DNA of 41,352 bases from Conidiobolus incongruus B7586 (GCA_000697335.1 JNEM01011700.1:1-41352); one strand, 5' to 3'. Counted from the first letter of the stretch, positions 9,795 through 23,210 are shown. Made by a program: numbers and translations. Notes: generated by a model not told the origin, from the letters alone.

Positions 9795-11512
9795 ATGTCT
9801 TCTAATCCCACGCAACCTCCCTCTGCTAATTTTAAGTGAGTTGTTTTCATCTCTCTTCATTTTACAGCGTTGACTGATGATTTTTACCTTTTTAGCTATA
9901 GCAATGCTCAATGGAAAAAGCAACTAAATATTCCACCAAAAGATAACCGCCCTCAAACTGAAGTAAGTTCTTTTCTTTACTTTACTTTTCTATTTTATTG
10001 ACCTTAGAATCATTTTAAAAGGATGTTACCGTTACTAAAGGCAATGAATTTGAAGATTATTTTTTGAAGAGAGAATTACTGATGGGCATATTTGAAGCTG
10101 GTTTTGAACGTCCTTCTCCGATTCAAGAAGAAGCCATCCCTATTGCTTTAACGGGCCGTGATATTTTAGCTAGAGCTAAGAATGGAACTGGTAAAACCGC
10201 TGCTTTTGTCATTCCTGCTCTTGAAAAAATCAATACACAAAAACCCAAGATTCAAGCCTTATTACTTGTTCCTACTCGTGAATTAGCTCTTCAAACAAGT
10301 CAAGTTTGTAAGACACTTGGTAAGCATATGGGTATACAAGTTATGGTATCTACTGGTGGTACCAATTTGAAAGAAGATATTTTACGTCTTGCCGATACTG
10401 TACATGTGATTGTTGGAACTCCTGGTAGAGTTTTAGATTTAGCAAGTCGAGGAATTGCTGACTTGAGTGATTGTCCTACCTATGTTTTAGACGAAGCTGA
10501 TAAATTGCTTTCACCCGAGTTTGCACCCGTTGTTGAACAATTGATTAATTATTTACCTAAAGATCGTCAAATTATGTTATTTAGTGCTACATTCCCCATG
10601 TTAGTCAAGAATTTTAAGGATAAATTCCTTGTAAAGCCCTACGAAATCAACCTTATGGATGAACTCACCCTTAGAGGTGTTACACAATACTACGTCTTCG
10701 TCGAAGAACGTCAAAAAGTTCACTGTTTGAACACATTATTTTCTAAATTGCAAATCAATCAATCTATTATCTTCTGTAGCTCTGTAAGTCGTGTAGAACT
10801 TCTAGCTCGTAAAATTACCCAACTTGGCTACTCATGCTTCTATTCTCATGCCAAGATGCTCCAACAAAATCGTAATCGAGTATTCCACGATTTCCGCAAT
10901 GGTATCTGCCGTAATTTAGTATGTACCGATTTGTTGACTCGTGGTATCGATATCCAAGCTGTTAACGTCGTAATCAACTTTGATTTCCCCAAAAATGCTG
11001 AAACCTATCTCCATCGTATTGGTCGTTCTGGAAGATTCGGTCACTTAGGTTTAGCTATCAACTTGATCACTTATGAAGATCGATTCCTTCTTTATAAGAT
11101 CGAACAAGAATTAGGTACTGAAATTCAACCTATTCCTCCCACAATCGACAAGAGATTGTATGTTGCCCCAAGTGCATTGGATGATGATCAATCTCAAAAG
11201 CCTGATATTGAAGCTGCTCAAAACATTCAACGTATTCAAGACTCTTTCCAACGCCCTAACAATGGTCCCAGAGCTCACCCCCATCACAATCAAGGCGGCT
11301 ATCCCAATCAACATCACGGCCACGATCACAGAGGACCTCGTCAGCACTATAATCAAAATCCTCACCATAACAATGGCAATTATGGTTATAACAATCAAAA
11401 TCGTCATCATCACAATAACCCCAATTATCATGGTAACCAAGGCAATCGTCAGCCTCCCAACAATGGCAGAAACTCCAACCAACCTGGATCGGGACTCAAA
11501 GCTGCTTCTTAA
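9795..11512 (+). CDS. DHH1: DEAD-box RNA helicase Dhh1/DDX6; exons 9795-9835, 9896-9962, 10022-11512
   Basis: Introns GTGAGT...TTTAG (9836-9895) and GTAAGT...AAAAG (9963-10021) give [73 protein letters not shown]. Motifs [21 protein letters not shown] and HRIGRSGR; low-complexity N/H/Q/G C-terminal tail. Confidence 0.97.
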
Positions 11513-12318
11513 ACTTAAACCATATTCATTTTTTACTATCCTTTTCACATATAGCAACTCTACTACTGATATCACCTTTTACATCATTTCCTTATACCTA
11601 CTACAATTATTACCTACTCTACAAATAATTATATAAACTTCCTCTACACAAATTTCCTTCACTTTCAACATATAACATATTCTTTTTCCTTTTACTTTTC
11701 TAATTCTTTTGCTATCTATTTATATCCTTTATGGTTGGCCAAATATCATTATTATATATACTTTTTCATCTGCCAATTGCTAAGACTTCTGCAAACTGTT
11801 CAGGTGGTTATATATACTAAAATACTCATTTCAAATAAAATCAATATAAGGCATATTTAAGTTTTTAATTTGATATTATATCCATTTTAATTCAGCATAA
11901 AATGATGCTGAATGATTTCTAATTTTGAACTATAAACTTCCTTTAAAATTTTTAACAATATTAATGCTTAATATCACACTTAAAGATATATACATTTTCA
12001 AGTTATTATTAAATAATATTCATTTATTAATTAGCTAATAGTAATGCTAGCGAACCCTCTCAATAAGTAAAAAGTATTAGCTGAAACGATCATATAAATA
12101 ATCGATTATTCAATATAATTAAAATAATTAAATAATTTGAATAAAATAGAATAAATAATACTTGGTGTTGGAATAGTGATAATTCGAAATGAAATTAAAA
12201 TAAAATGAATATAATCAATAATGATTTGGGTTTTGAAAATTAAACAATAGCGGTTAAATAATTTAAAATAATAATAGACAATATAAGAAAAAGATTATAC
12301 TTTTAAGCGAATAATTGA

Positions 12319-12392
12319 GATCTCGTGGTGTAGTTGGTTATCACGTCTGTCTAACACACAGACGGTCCTCAGTTCGAATCTGAGCGAGATCA
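12319..12392 (+). tRNA. tRNA-Val (anticodon AAC)
   Basis: Acceptor stem GATCTCG/CGAGATC, anticodon arm TCTGT-CTAACAC-ACAGA, T-loop GTTCGAATC, followed by an oligo-T Pol III terminator. Confidence 0.97.
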
Positions 12393-12926
12393 ATTTTTTT
12401 TGAATAAATAGTCATATTTGTTTTATTCATTTTATTCCTAAAATATATTTGACGATATATATCACTATAAAATACATTATAGATATATTAATTTTTTAAC
12501 ATATTTTTTTCAATCTTATATTACTATTAATTGATTATTTCACTAAAAATATTTTGAATAATTTATTAAATTTTATATTGATGTTCAATATTCAAAAATA
12601 TATGAGAATTGGCATCCATTATATTCAATCCTTTAGCAAAAAAAATAATTATATATATGTATAATATAGGATAGAATTTTAATAATGATAGATTTTTATT
12701 AATTGATTTTAATTTTCTGATAAAATTGGTTATGATATTTCTAATATAAGGAATAAACTATTTTTTAAAAAATTAAGTAAAAGAGATAAAATATTAGATA
12801 TTATTGAAAATAAATTCAAAAAGGTAACAATTTGATAAAAATAACTAATATAATAGTATAATAGTAAAAATATTTTGATTAAAATTATAGCAAAATACGA
12901 ATATATATTTCACAAATAGGTATCAA

Positions 12927-12998
12927 TCTTCGATAGTATAGTGGTGAGTATACCCGCCTGTCACGCGGGTGACCTGGGTTCAATTCCCAGTCGGAGAG
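12927..12998 (+). tRNA. tRNA-Asp (anticodon GTC)
   Basis: Acceptor stem TCTTCGA/TCGGAGA, anticodon arm CCCGC-CTGTCAC-GCGGG, T-arm CTGGG-TTCAATT-CCCAG, downstream T-run. Confidence 0.97.
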
Positions 12999-13527
12999 GA
13001 ATAATTTTTCCCATTTATCGATCAAAATTAAACCTTATTATATTTTTTGTAATTATCTTTTATTTATCTTTCTTAATATATTTTATTTTACTTTTTCTAT
13101 TTCAATTATTATATCATCTTATAAGCTTTTATAGTCTTAATTTTCAGACACTTTTCAATGTCAACTTTTTAATTATATTTGAATATATTTTGTCCTTTTA
13201 AATTATCACCTGTAAATCTCTTATTCTTATTTAAAATAAATATATTGTTATTATTCTATCTTATTTCTTTTATTATACAATTATAAAATAGTCTATTTAT
13301 CATATACAGTAAATATTCAAAGATTATATACTGAAAAATAATTATCTTTATGTTAATATATTTTCATATTTAACAAAAATATATTTAGAATTTAATATAT
13401 TTTAAAAAATTAGAATAAACAATGATAGGATTGAATATAATAAGTAACAAATGGTATTTATATTGATTAAATGAAAAATATAGAATTATTATTTATGGTA
13501 ATAAATTTATTTGATCAATAATATATT

Positions 13528-14259
13528 TTATGATATTAGATCTTCTATCTGGCCCTGTTGTCTCCTTCTACCATACAAAGGAGTCCAAATACTTAAAATT
13601 GTAATATTACCATAATTGGACACAGGGCTTAGAATCATTAACAAATCCAAGGATATTGTAAAGATTAGAATAACATTGATCATTGCTTGAATAATGAATC
13701 CAACACCCCACACAATGGTAATAACCTTCATTGCATCTAAATCCTTCAACCTCCCAATTCGCATTCCACTGCTTAATCTTTTCAGGACAGTTCATAGTGA
13801 CGTATGGTCTCGAAAAGTAAAATATAAGAGACTTGGGGCAACATAATAATACGAAGTATGTCATGCCAATAACTCCAGTAATAGTAAACCCTTGTATTTG
13901 GTTTAATTTGGCGTCTTTGAAGCTCAAACTAATGCCCAGTCCAATAAAGAATGATACAATGATCATTATTGGCAATGGCTCTAATCTCAATAAACTATAA
14001 GAGTAAATAGAATTGAAAGAATGTTGGAATTGAAGATAATAGCAGCTAACAATTTACCTAAATGCCGCTCTAGATTGAAATAGAGCATCAAATGTAATAC
14101 AATGTCAATAAAAACACTTTGAAATAAAAATCCTACAATTGTGTCATTGTTTTTAAAGTTTTTAGAGGTTTTATGCTGAGATGAATGGTATTGTAAATCT
14201 TGTGAATTTAAAATATTTTAGTATTCGGTGAGATTTAGAGGCTCTTTATCTTGGTTCAT
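13528..14259 (-). pseudogene. VC0807-like membrane protein, array copy A (pseudogene)
   Basis: ATG at 14259, early TAA at 14220-14218, and frameshifts near 14030, 13990 and 13745. Fragments RLEPLPIMII...FSRPYVT and MKVITIVWGVGFIIQA match the intact paralogs. Confidence 0.88.
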
Positions 14260-14559
14260 TTTAAAATTTAGGTAATATGTTGAATTAGTAATGATAGATG
14301 GATATTAAAATGATATCGCTTCGCTATCTTCATTATTTATCAATGCTATAAATTATTGTTAATTATGAGTATTTATTAAAGATGCCAAAATTGGGAAAAT
14401 TTTTCCAAGTTTCCTGTTACTTGGATAATTTTTGATTTGATAAATTGAAATAAATTGAATTGTCTGATTAAAATTTGAATTCAATTGTGTTTTTAATATC
14501 ATCAATATCAAACATTTCCATAAGATACATATTGTATCAATTTTGAATTGTATATTAAG

Positions 14560-15060
14560 AATTTTTCAAAGATATTACCATTATTGTCGTAATTTATTTT
14601 ATTCTAAAAATTATTCTGAATTCTAAAACTGTGAATTATGAAAGATGATAATTAAAAGCAGCATATAATTTATTCAATAATTAATCTAGCTCTTTACACT
14701 ATAATAACAACCTTGAATACATCTATAAAACTTTCAACTTTACAATTAGTACTCCAGTGTTGAATTTTTGAAGATCTATGATTATAACACGGTGCATAAA
14801 ATATAGAAGAAGCTGGACTTTAGACAACATAATACATTGTAGTGTGTTGTATATAATTCATACAATAAATGATCCTTGCATTGATTTCAATTTCGCATCT
14901 TTGAAGTTTGAGCTAATATTTCAACTCATAAAAATTATTCAATAATAATAATTGAAAATAATTCAAATCTTCTATGAACAACAATAGTTAATGTTTGATA
15001 ACCTTGTCATAACAGATAATAAATTAAAAGCCACAGTCACATATCGAATTGTAAGATCTC
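14560..15060 (-). pseudogene. Highly decayed VC0807-like relic, copy A2 (approximate bounds)
   Basis: Minus strand gives TIVVHRRFELFSIIII, FKDAKLKSMQGSFIV and CKVESFIDVFKVVIIV*, matching RRFEPLPIII, FKDAKLNQIQGFTI and WEVEGF.DAMKVITIVW of the paralogs. Confidence 0.7.
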
Positions 15061-15926
15061 ATATTTCAAAAATATTTTTTAATATATTACTTAATTTAAA
15101 AAAATCATAATTTTGGTTAATTTTTAAGATTTAAATTTGAATTAAACAGTTAATTTATAAATTTTGTTATTTTAAATCATGGAATTGGAATTAAGCATGA
15201 TGGAAATTACAGTATTATAAGTTATTTTGAAAATATAAATTGACAATACGCTTATAATATATACAATTTCATTATTAATTAAATGGATATTTAATTTACT
15301 CAAGACTTATTTAATGGAATTTAATTTATTTTTCAATTTAATCTAATTTGCTTATATTGAATAAAATTAAGAGATTTGAAACATTTTATTCTTATTTATC
15401 AAGTTCCTTTGGCAAATTTTAAACAATTATTCCTGTACAAAATTAATTGAACTAGGAGTTTGAATAATATTGTGAATTTAAATTGACCTAAAATACTTGT
15501 TAAATAATATACTTTAAAATTATATTTATCTATTGTTTATATTTTAATAGTGAGAGTTTAAATATTATAGTATAATTTGTATATTGAAAAATTGATTAGT
15601 GGATTGGGCAATCAGAACTATATATTTGAATAATCATTATTAGAATTTAAATCAATTATATTCATTAAACCTAATAATAATTTTATATAAAAATTTCTGA
15701 ACTTAATTGAATTTTTCACACACCTAACCAAATTTGGTTATTATATTAATGATATTTAATACACAAAGCTAATATTCAGAAAAAATAAGTCAATATTGAT
15801 ATCATATTATGATAGATGAGAAAAACATATATCAATAATGGATATTTAAGTTTTTAAAATCATTTTATACTAATATCACATTATATTAAGAGAAAAATAT
15901 TCTAGTATAATCAAACAAGATGCCAA

Positions 15927-16691
15927 TTAAGCTTGGCTAGCATTTTGTTGGAGTTGAGGAGATTGTTTCTTCTTCATAGCACTGTAAATAATAGTCCAAA
16001 CGACTAGTAGAACAATATTGCCATATGTCAACACTGGACTCAAAATCATCAGGAGATCCAAACTGACTGTGAATATGAGCACAATATTGATAGCGGCTTG
16101 AATAAGGAAGCCACAGCCCCAAACGATGCTAATAGTCCTCATTGCATCCCTGAATCTCTTAATCTCCCACCTGGCATCAAATTCCTTTATCTTTTCTGGA
16201 TCGTTCTTAGTGATCCAAGGTCTTGAGAAATAGTAGATCAGAGGCTTTTTGAACCCGAGGGACACTATGTAAGCCAAGCCAATACCACCTGTAATAATGG
16301 AGCCATCAATTTGTTTGAGCTTGGGGTTATTGAACCCGATAGTCAAAGCTAACGCAATAAAGAATGCTATGATAATAATAATTGGCAACGGTTCAAACCT
16401 TCTCTTGATTGCTATGGTCCAAATTGTTGATAGTAAACTGGGGATTGATGAAATAATTGTAGCGAGTAAATCGCCCACAGGCTTCTTTAATGTGAAAAAA
16501 AGCACTAGAGGAAGAGCAATTTCTAAGAACACATGCTGGAAAAAGAACCCAAAAATTCTGATCTTTTCAGCTGTTGCTTTCGAAAAGTTTCTGTCCAAAA
16601 AATTATGTTTTGTGTTTTGATCTGCTGATGAAGCATTAGTCAAATTGTGAGTTGATCCAATTTCATTCCCTCCTTTAATAGCTTCGGTCAT
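15927..16691 (-). CDS. VC0807-like (YciB/IspZ-related) multi-pass membrane protein, array copy B (intact)
   Basis: 254-aa intronless ORF with about 6 hydrophobic segments. Motifs EIALPL.LF, RRFEP, P.L....SIITG, SL..KKPLIYYFSR, W....FR.AMR.ISIVWG and WTIIY resemble the VC0807 family (recognition from memory, not searched). Confidence 0.85.
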   Translation of the reverse strand: MTEAIKGGNEIGSTHNLTNASSADQNTKHNFLDRNFSKATAEKIRIFGFFFQHVFLEIALPLVLFFTLKKPVGDLLATIISSIPSLLSTIWTIAIKRRFEPLPIIIIIAFFIALALTIGFNNPKLKQIDGSIITGGIGLAYIVSLGFKKPLIYYFSRPWITKNDPEKIKEFDARWEIKRFRDAMRTISIVWGCGFLIQAAINIVLIFTVSLDLLMILSPVLTYGNIVLLVVWTIIYSAMKKKQSPQLQQNASQA

Positions 16692-18171
16692 ATTTTAATT
16701 AATTTGAATACTATTAATATTAATTTTTAAATTGATAGGTGTTTTGTTCACGATTGTATTACCACTTTTTATATTATTTTTGAAGTGCCAAATAAATTTC
16801 CACATTTCTGTATACTTTACCAAATATGGAAAAAGAAAATAATTTTTCCTTGACAATTTTTTACCCCTATACATATTACTTAAATGTGAATAATATAATT
16901 TTATAAATTGATAATTTGAAGATTTTACAATTGGAAGTCTTTGGAGTAATAGTTTTTATCATATTTCTATAATATTGAGAATTTTTCAAATTCTATCATT
17001 TTCATCTTTCAGATCATATATAGTATTTCATTATTATTTTTAATATAAAATTGTATATTTAATTCACCAAGTTAGTTATAAGTATTTAATCAAGAATCTC
17101 AATAGTAAAAGATCATTGTTAATGCATCAGATTTTTTTCAATTACCGATAAACTACGCACTTACTAAATTAAATTATTTTTCCTTTATCTATCCCACACA
17201 TGAATTGCTAACTATCAATATATTCAATAATACATATACATTATTACGTAGTCATTATTGAACATTTAAATTGAATAACCTTCTAGGATTTCAATACAAA
17301 TCCACAATTGGTGCCCTGATAACCAAAATTAACTAATTGTATATTTCCCAAGGTACCAGCATTTTGAACTAAATCATTGATAAACTGTTTTGCCATATAT
17401 GATTTTTTAAAGTAATTTTGGATTATTTAAACTGGATTTTAAAAACTTAGTGGGTTGTGGAATAGATTGATGTGACAATTTGCAGCATTTATTTTGAATA
17501 TAAAGTTAATATTTGGAGTTTATTAAAAATCATACTCTAATTATGTTCTCTTAGAATACAATAAATAAACCATACAAACTTACTAGGCAAATCATTTTTG
17601 ACTCAACATATTGGACATCTGCGTTAAATCAGAAAAATTTCATTAATTTTCATATTTAAAAAAAATTAGTTTACTTGCAAACAATTGTAATAACTTCAAT
17701 ATTTAAAATATGAAAAAAAATTTTTTACAAGTTTGGTAAAAACTTATGAATAAACTTGATGCAATATAATTTGATATATGATTAAATAATTTTAAAGAAA
17801 TTTAATGTGTACTTTTAAAATTATCCATCATAATTTTTCACACAACCTCTACAAGGGTTAACAATAATAAGTTGAATTATAGTAATCATTTGTAAGGTAA
17901 TATATATCTCTTTGATTAAAATTGATAAAAATGTTTTAAAATATTGAATAATATTAAAAATCCTAAATACTGATTTATCATGTTTAAAAATATATGATGG
18001 AATTATAATGAACAGTTTATTGAATTGATTAAATTTCAGAATAATATTAGAATTTGAATAATAAATACTTAAATTTCAGGTAAAGTTATTTATTTCATTT
18101 AGATTGAGAATATTTCACAATTCGAATTGATTCAGGTCCAGTGTAATTAGTTTTGGTAATATAAAATTTAA

Positions 18172-18850
18172 TTATACATTATTGATATCAATCACTTTAG
18201 TTTTTTCAGATTTATGTTTTCAGCCAATATAAATCAATGTCCAAAATAACGAGACAGCGATATTTCCATATGTCAGCACAGGACTTATAATCTTCACTAG
18301 ATTCAAAATTGTAAAGATTAAAGTAGCATTGATAATCTCTTGAAGGATAAAGTCAAGCTTCCATGTTAATGAGATAGTAGCAATTACATTCCTATAACCC
18401 TTAATCTCAAACTAGACGTGGTACTCCTTAAATCTTTCAGGATCGTTCGTAATTGCCCAAATTTGGGGGAAGTAATAGGTCAGAAGTTTTTTGAAGCCGA
18501 TGTATACTAGGCAAGCTATACCAATGACACAGCTGATAATTGTACCCTGGATTTGTTTCAGCTTCGTGTTGTGGTATCCTAAGCTTAGATCTAGCCCGAT
18601 GAAGAACAAAATCACAATGACAATTGGCAAAGGTACTAATCTTTTTTCACCACAATTGTGAAGTTGGTAGCTAACAAAGTTAGGATAGATGAAATGATTT
18701 CTAAAAAGAGGCGGTGTATTGAGAAAATTTTTTGACCATTTTTACTGTGCAATATGAAAAGTTACTATCCCAGAAACCAGGCTTCTTCGAACTAACAGCA
18801 TGTGAAGCATTTGTTTAATCTTAATCTTTTATCTTAGATTTTTTGTGACT
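18172..18850 (-). pseudogene. VC0807-like array copy C (pseudogene, approximate bounds)
   Basis: Fragments PGFWD, PLPIVIVILFFIGLDLSLGYHNTKLKQIQGTII, NDPERFKEY and SPVLTYGNIAVSLFWTLIY, with internal stops, frameshifts and loss of the first TM segment. Confidence 0.85.
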
Positions 18851-21538
18851 TGCAAAATATTTATGATTAATATAACCTCGATTTGATTGATGTATTATTA
18901 TTATTCAAACATCACTATTTATTCAGCATTAAAAGTGAGAACTATAAAAACATGATGTGCAAAAAAATTACTTAATATAGATAGAATAATCTATATTATA
19001 AAAATTTCATATAATTCTAAATATATTTAATCAATAGTAAGTTGGTTTATCCATTACCAAGTACTTAGAGCTTTCTTGAGACTAAACATTTAGGTATATT
19101 TACTTTGCATGTGTTTGATATAGTTTTACATATTTTGCGATTTTATTCGAGTTGGAAAAATGAACATTCAATAAAAAATCAGTGAATTATGAAATATATC
19201 CGAATGACTAAATTTTATTAAAATCTATTTGTAAAGTTCTTATATTTAAATAAATCTTTAATTAATCAAATAAGCTGACTAATACTAATTTTTTCTTTTT
19301 TCGAATAGGGTATTTTAAAAAACTTCTAATAATTAATGTATACGTTTTCAAAATTATATTAAGCTATTTGCTCATATAAATTATAATCTCAACGTATATT
19401 ATGAAATTTGAAAGAATAATCTGATATTTTGATAGTTTCAAAAGATGCTATATCCTTTTTAATATATTGATATATGTCTATATAATAATTAATAAGCAGG
19501 TTAATATATACTTGTTATAATAATAGCTACCAATAGCATATCATATTGAAATATTTTCCAATTTTTAGTTCACTATAATCACTTATTTGGTAGATTTATT
19601 TTATATTTTTACATTAATATAATATCATTAACAAACAAAAATATATCTAATGAGATAATATATAACTTAATTTTTAAATAAATGTATTAATCTGGTCATA
19701 AGATATAGTAAATAAAATAAATGCTGTCATCATTAAAAATTATAATTACTTTAAAATGTTAGAGTATAAAATATAAATCTTGGGTATTGGTAGAGAGAAA
19801 ATATTTTATACATCCATATGATATAATTATATAATTGAAAAAAATTATTCGTAAAATATATTATAAAATATTTTTCAATGATTTGAATAAATTGTAATTT
19901 GAAATATTTATTTATATTCTATAAGTTGAAATCTTTAAAATAGATGATTTCTATAATTTTATAATATTTAGTAAAATATTTTTATTGGAATATCTGACAA
20001 GATTAATTACTGATTTGCTTAAACTGATTTTACTTTCAAATTAAAACTTAAATTTATAATATAAGTTGATATATAATTTGCAATTAAGTTGGGGAATTTA
20101 ATTCATTTTTGAATTTGACTGCAATTGCCAAAAATTAATATAGAACCATATTTTGGTAAAGGACATTCTGGACAATTAAGTAGATATTGATAATATTAAA
20201 CTATATTTATCATTCATATAAAATTTTAAAAAACCAAATTTTTAGAAACTAAATTATTAAAAAATTCACTATATAAATCTATATGAGTATATTCAGATTG
20301 GTATTAAATCTATAATTTTTAAAAAGACAATTTATGATATATTTGTATTTTATTGTTTAATTCGAATTAATGTATACACCAATTTAAAAATTATTAATGA
20401 AATAATAAATCATATTGACTGCGATTAAATATAAGTAAATAAATAAAATATTGAATTTCTATCTAACTAATGACTTTTTAGAATCTAATATGTTTGATGA
20501 TGTTAAGAAAATAAATCATTATAAAAAATAAATGATGTAGTCGTTCAGGTAATAATAATTCGAGAATCTGATGTAAATATTCAATGTTGCTCGTCATTTT
20601 AGTAAAATTATATATTTCCTTTTTCCATTTTTAGGATTTGTGATTAAAATACAAAATTATAAAGCATAAAGACATCCTATTAAGTAAAGCAGTTTAAACC
20701 ATTTGTATTTTATATTTTCTTGCATTTTTAACATAACAGTGCGCGGCAAATTCGTTTGTAAAATTCTCACTTTAACCTCATGGGTTTTTTGCACTATCCA
20801 TTGAATAATTACCTTCTATTTCTAACTTAGTAGCCTTATGCTCAAATGATTGAATGGGTAATGCTTTACAAATCAAACTTTGACGAGTGTGTAAGTATGA
20901 GTATATTTTTATAACTAATTACCATTACAAATAATACGATACAAATAAAACTTTCTTTTCAGCTATTTAACAATTGGATAATTCAATTGAAACACATATT
21001 TAGTATATAATATATTTGCAATTCACATCTTAACAAAATTAACTTATCAATCATTTATAATGAATACATAGATATTAACTCAAATCTATATTAACTTACA
21101 AAATTTACATATTGTTAAATTTAATATTACACTCCCAAATTTAAATTCCAATTCGCAGTTTTAATCACAAAAATAATTAATATGGACATTATTGGAGCAT
21201 TTTGAAATTTGTAGTTTTTAAATTTGTAAAAACAGTGCAAAAATATAAATATATATTCCGGATTAACTCTAAATCATGCACTCGTGTAAGTTGGTTTTGA
21301 AAAATCATCACTTATATTTGAATGTTTTCGAATAAAAATTGACTACAATACATGCAATAAAAACGACTTTTAATAAATAATCCAACTAGTTATTGAATTT
21401 AATCATTTATTTTCAAATAGTATATATGATAAATATGCATAAGTTGGTTTGAAAAATGTAGGTTTGACATATAATCACTACTCCTAAAGCATATATCCAA
21501 ATAATTTAAGCAAAATTTTTTTTCAATTCACTTTACTA

Positions 21539-21653
21539 TTAGTATAGAAATTAAGAAATGGAAAATTTTTTAATTTCTGATCTTTCAAACATATTATACA
21601 TTTTGAAAGATTTTATATATATAAAATATATAGGAAAATAAATATTTTCAAAC

Positions 21654-21687
<34 letters not shown>

Positions 21688-22872
21688 TAATTATTTTTTT
21701 TATTAAAATATTTTGATTTTAAAATTTACATTTAAATTTAATCATGCTTAAACTAGATTGTGATTATTAAAAAGCCTTCATTTTTATATCTTTAAAACTT
21801 AATTATAAACCCTTTAAAATTATTTAAAACTTGCAAACAGCTTATAAAAATGGTGTTTTATCTAAAACTACCATATATCATTAGATTTGTGATTTTAAAG
21901 CTAGAAGGGACATTATTTAAAATTTACTAAAATCTAAAAAATTAATTTTTACTGTTAATCTTTTATTTATTAATAGAGTAAAAAAATATATTAAAAAATA
22001 CCTTTTTATTTTTATTAGAGAATTATTAAAGTAATTTAATATTAATTATATAATTATGTTATATTTACTTAAGTTTAAACTTAGATTAATTAATAAAAAT
22101 GTAAAATAGATATTTTATAATTTAACAGAAGTTTAAAAGAAAATTAGAGTAGCTATAGCTAAACTAAACTTATTAAGGTATAACTAAAAACAAAGGTTTT
22201 TATAACAAATACTTACAATTAATAAATTTTAAATTTCTTTATATAATCTTTTATTTAAAAATAAAACAAGATGTTAGGTTAAGTTAAATTAATCCCCTCT
22301 ATAAATTCTAATGAATAAATACTTTAAATATAAGTGAATGTTAATTGTTGTAATAAATTATAATAGTATATAGTTTTCTTATTTAATACCTTAAGGAAAA
22401 TTAATTAATAATAAGTTATATATTATTTTTTTAAATAAAACAATTTTTAAATGGTGTTCTCAATATAAATTAAAAACACTTATTATTTTGCATGATAATT
22501 GTAAAATACATAAAGTTAAAGTTATAAAAAATTTTTTATATAAAAAAAATTAAAGGGAGTTACTATATCTAGTATATTTACTTGATTATAACTAATGTAA
22601 TTATAATTGTTTTAGACAATTAAAAAAACAGCTTGCAAGAAAAAAAATTCCTGCAAACAAATTAAATTGGTTTGTAAAACATTAAATTTTAGTCCTTAAT
22701 AAAAAGAACTGTTTTTTAGGTATTAGAAGCTTACCAAAAGTATAAAAAAGAGTTATTAATAATAAAAGAGGCTATTAATTTTATATTATTCATTCATTTT
22801 TATATATTATTTATTAATTTATTTGTTTAATTTTAATCTTAAAATTGTGCCATTACTTAATTTCTACACTAA
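21539..22872 (+). mobile_element. Full-length degenerate DD34D mariner transposon, copy 2 (1334 bp)
   Basis: Left TIR TTAGTATAGAAATTAAGAAATGG and reverse-complemented right TIR TTAGTGTAGAAATTAAGTAATGG match at 21 of 23 positions. TA at 21537-38 and 22873-74. Transposase relic 21744-22778 (1035 nt) has an HTH region (LSKTTIYH*ICDFKARR), ILTIN(D)K(E)F*(W)I, IILHDNCKIH, *RELLYLVYLLDYN*CNY and GIRSLPKV*KRVINNKRGY. The 2nd catalytic D and the inferred 3rd D are 34 residues apart. Confidence 0.92.
21654..21680. repeat. (TA)n microsatellite in the mariner 5' UTR
   Basis: TATATA run; an equivalent run lies at about 26522-26539 in copy 3. Confidence 0.85.
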
Positions 22873-23210
22873 TATTATAGTATGAAATATAATAATATCA
22901 TTTTTTTCATCAAGCTACTCTCCAAATTAAATTGTAGAAGCACAAGATATTATAATCATTTTATATAATTAAAATATTATTTTATAAACTTACATGCCTT
23001 GATACTCATAAAAAAATTTCAACTATTTTATCTACAAAATATTGTTGAAAATAAAAATATAGAATAATAATAATAAATTAAATTTTTTTATTTTTATTTT
23101 TATTATTAATATTAAGAAAATAAATATCTTTAATTTTATAGATTTTTAAATGCAGTTTGAGTATTTACTAATTACATAGACTTGTTAGTCTTATAAGCTA
23201 ATCGATGAAA

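Noticed and set aside
9861..9867. Alternative acceptor TTTACAG in DHH1 intron 1 that would create a premature stop
   Set aside because: It would give a 32-nt intron, shorter than the 51-60 nt introns seen here, and it lies upstream of the likely branch point.
11111..11636. ORFs 11111-11575 (-) and 11160-11636 (+)
   Set aside because: Shadow frames of the low-complexity AAT/CAT-rich DHH1 tail.
12941..13201. 86-aa ORF
   Set aside because: Starts inside tRNA-Asp and runs through T-rich intergenic DNA.
17270..17480. Possible further array relic (NNPKL peptide)
   Set aside because: Flanking translations do not match the family.
20500..20900. Slightly GC-richer patch with short open frames
   Set aside because: No recognisable motif in the frames I translated.
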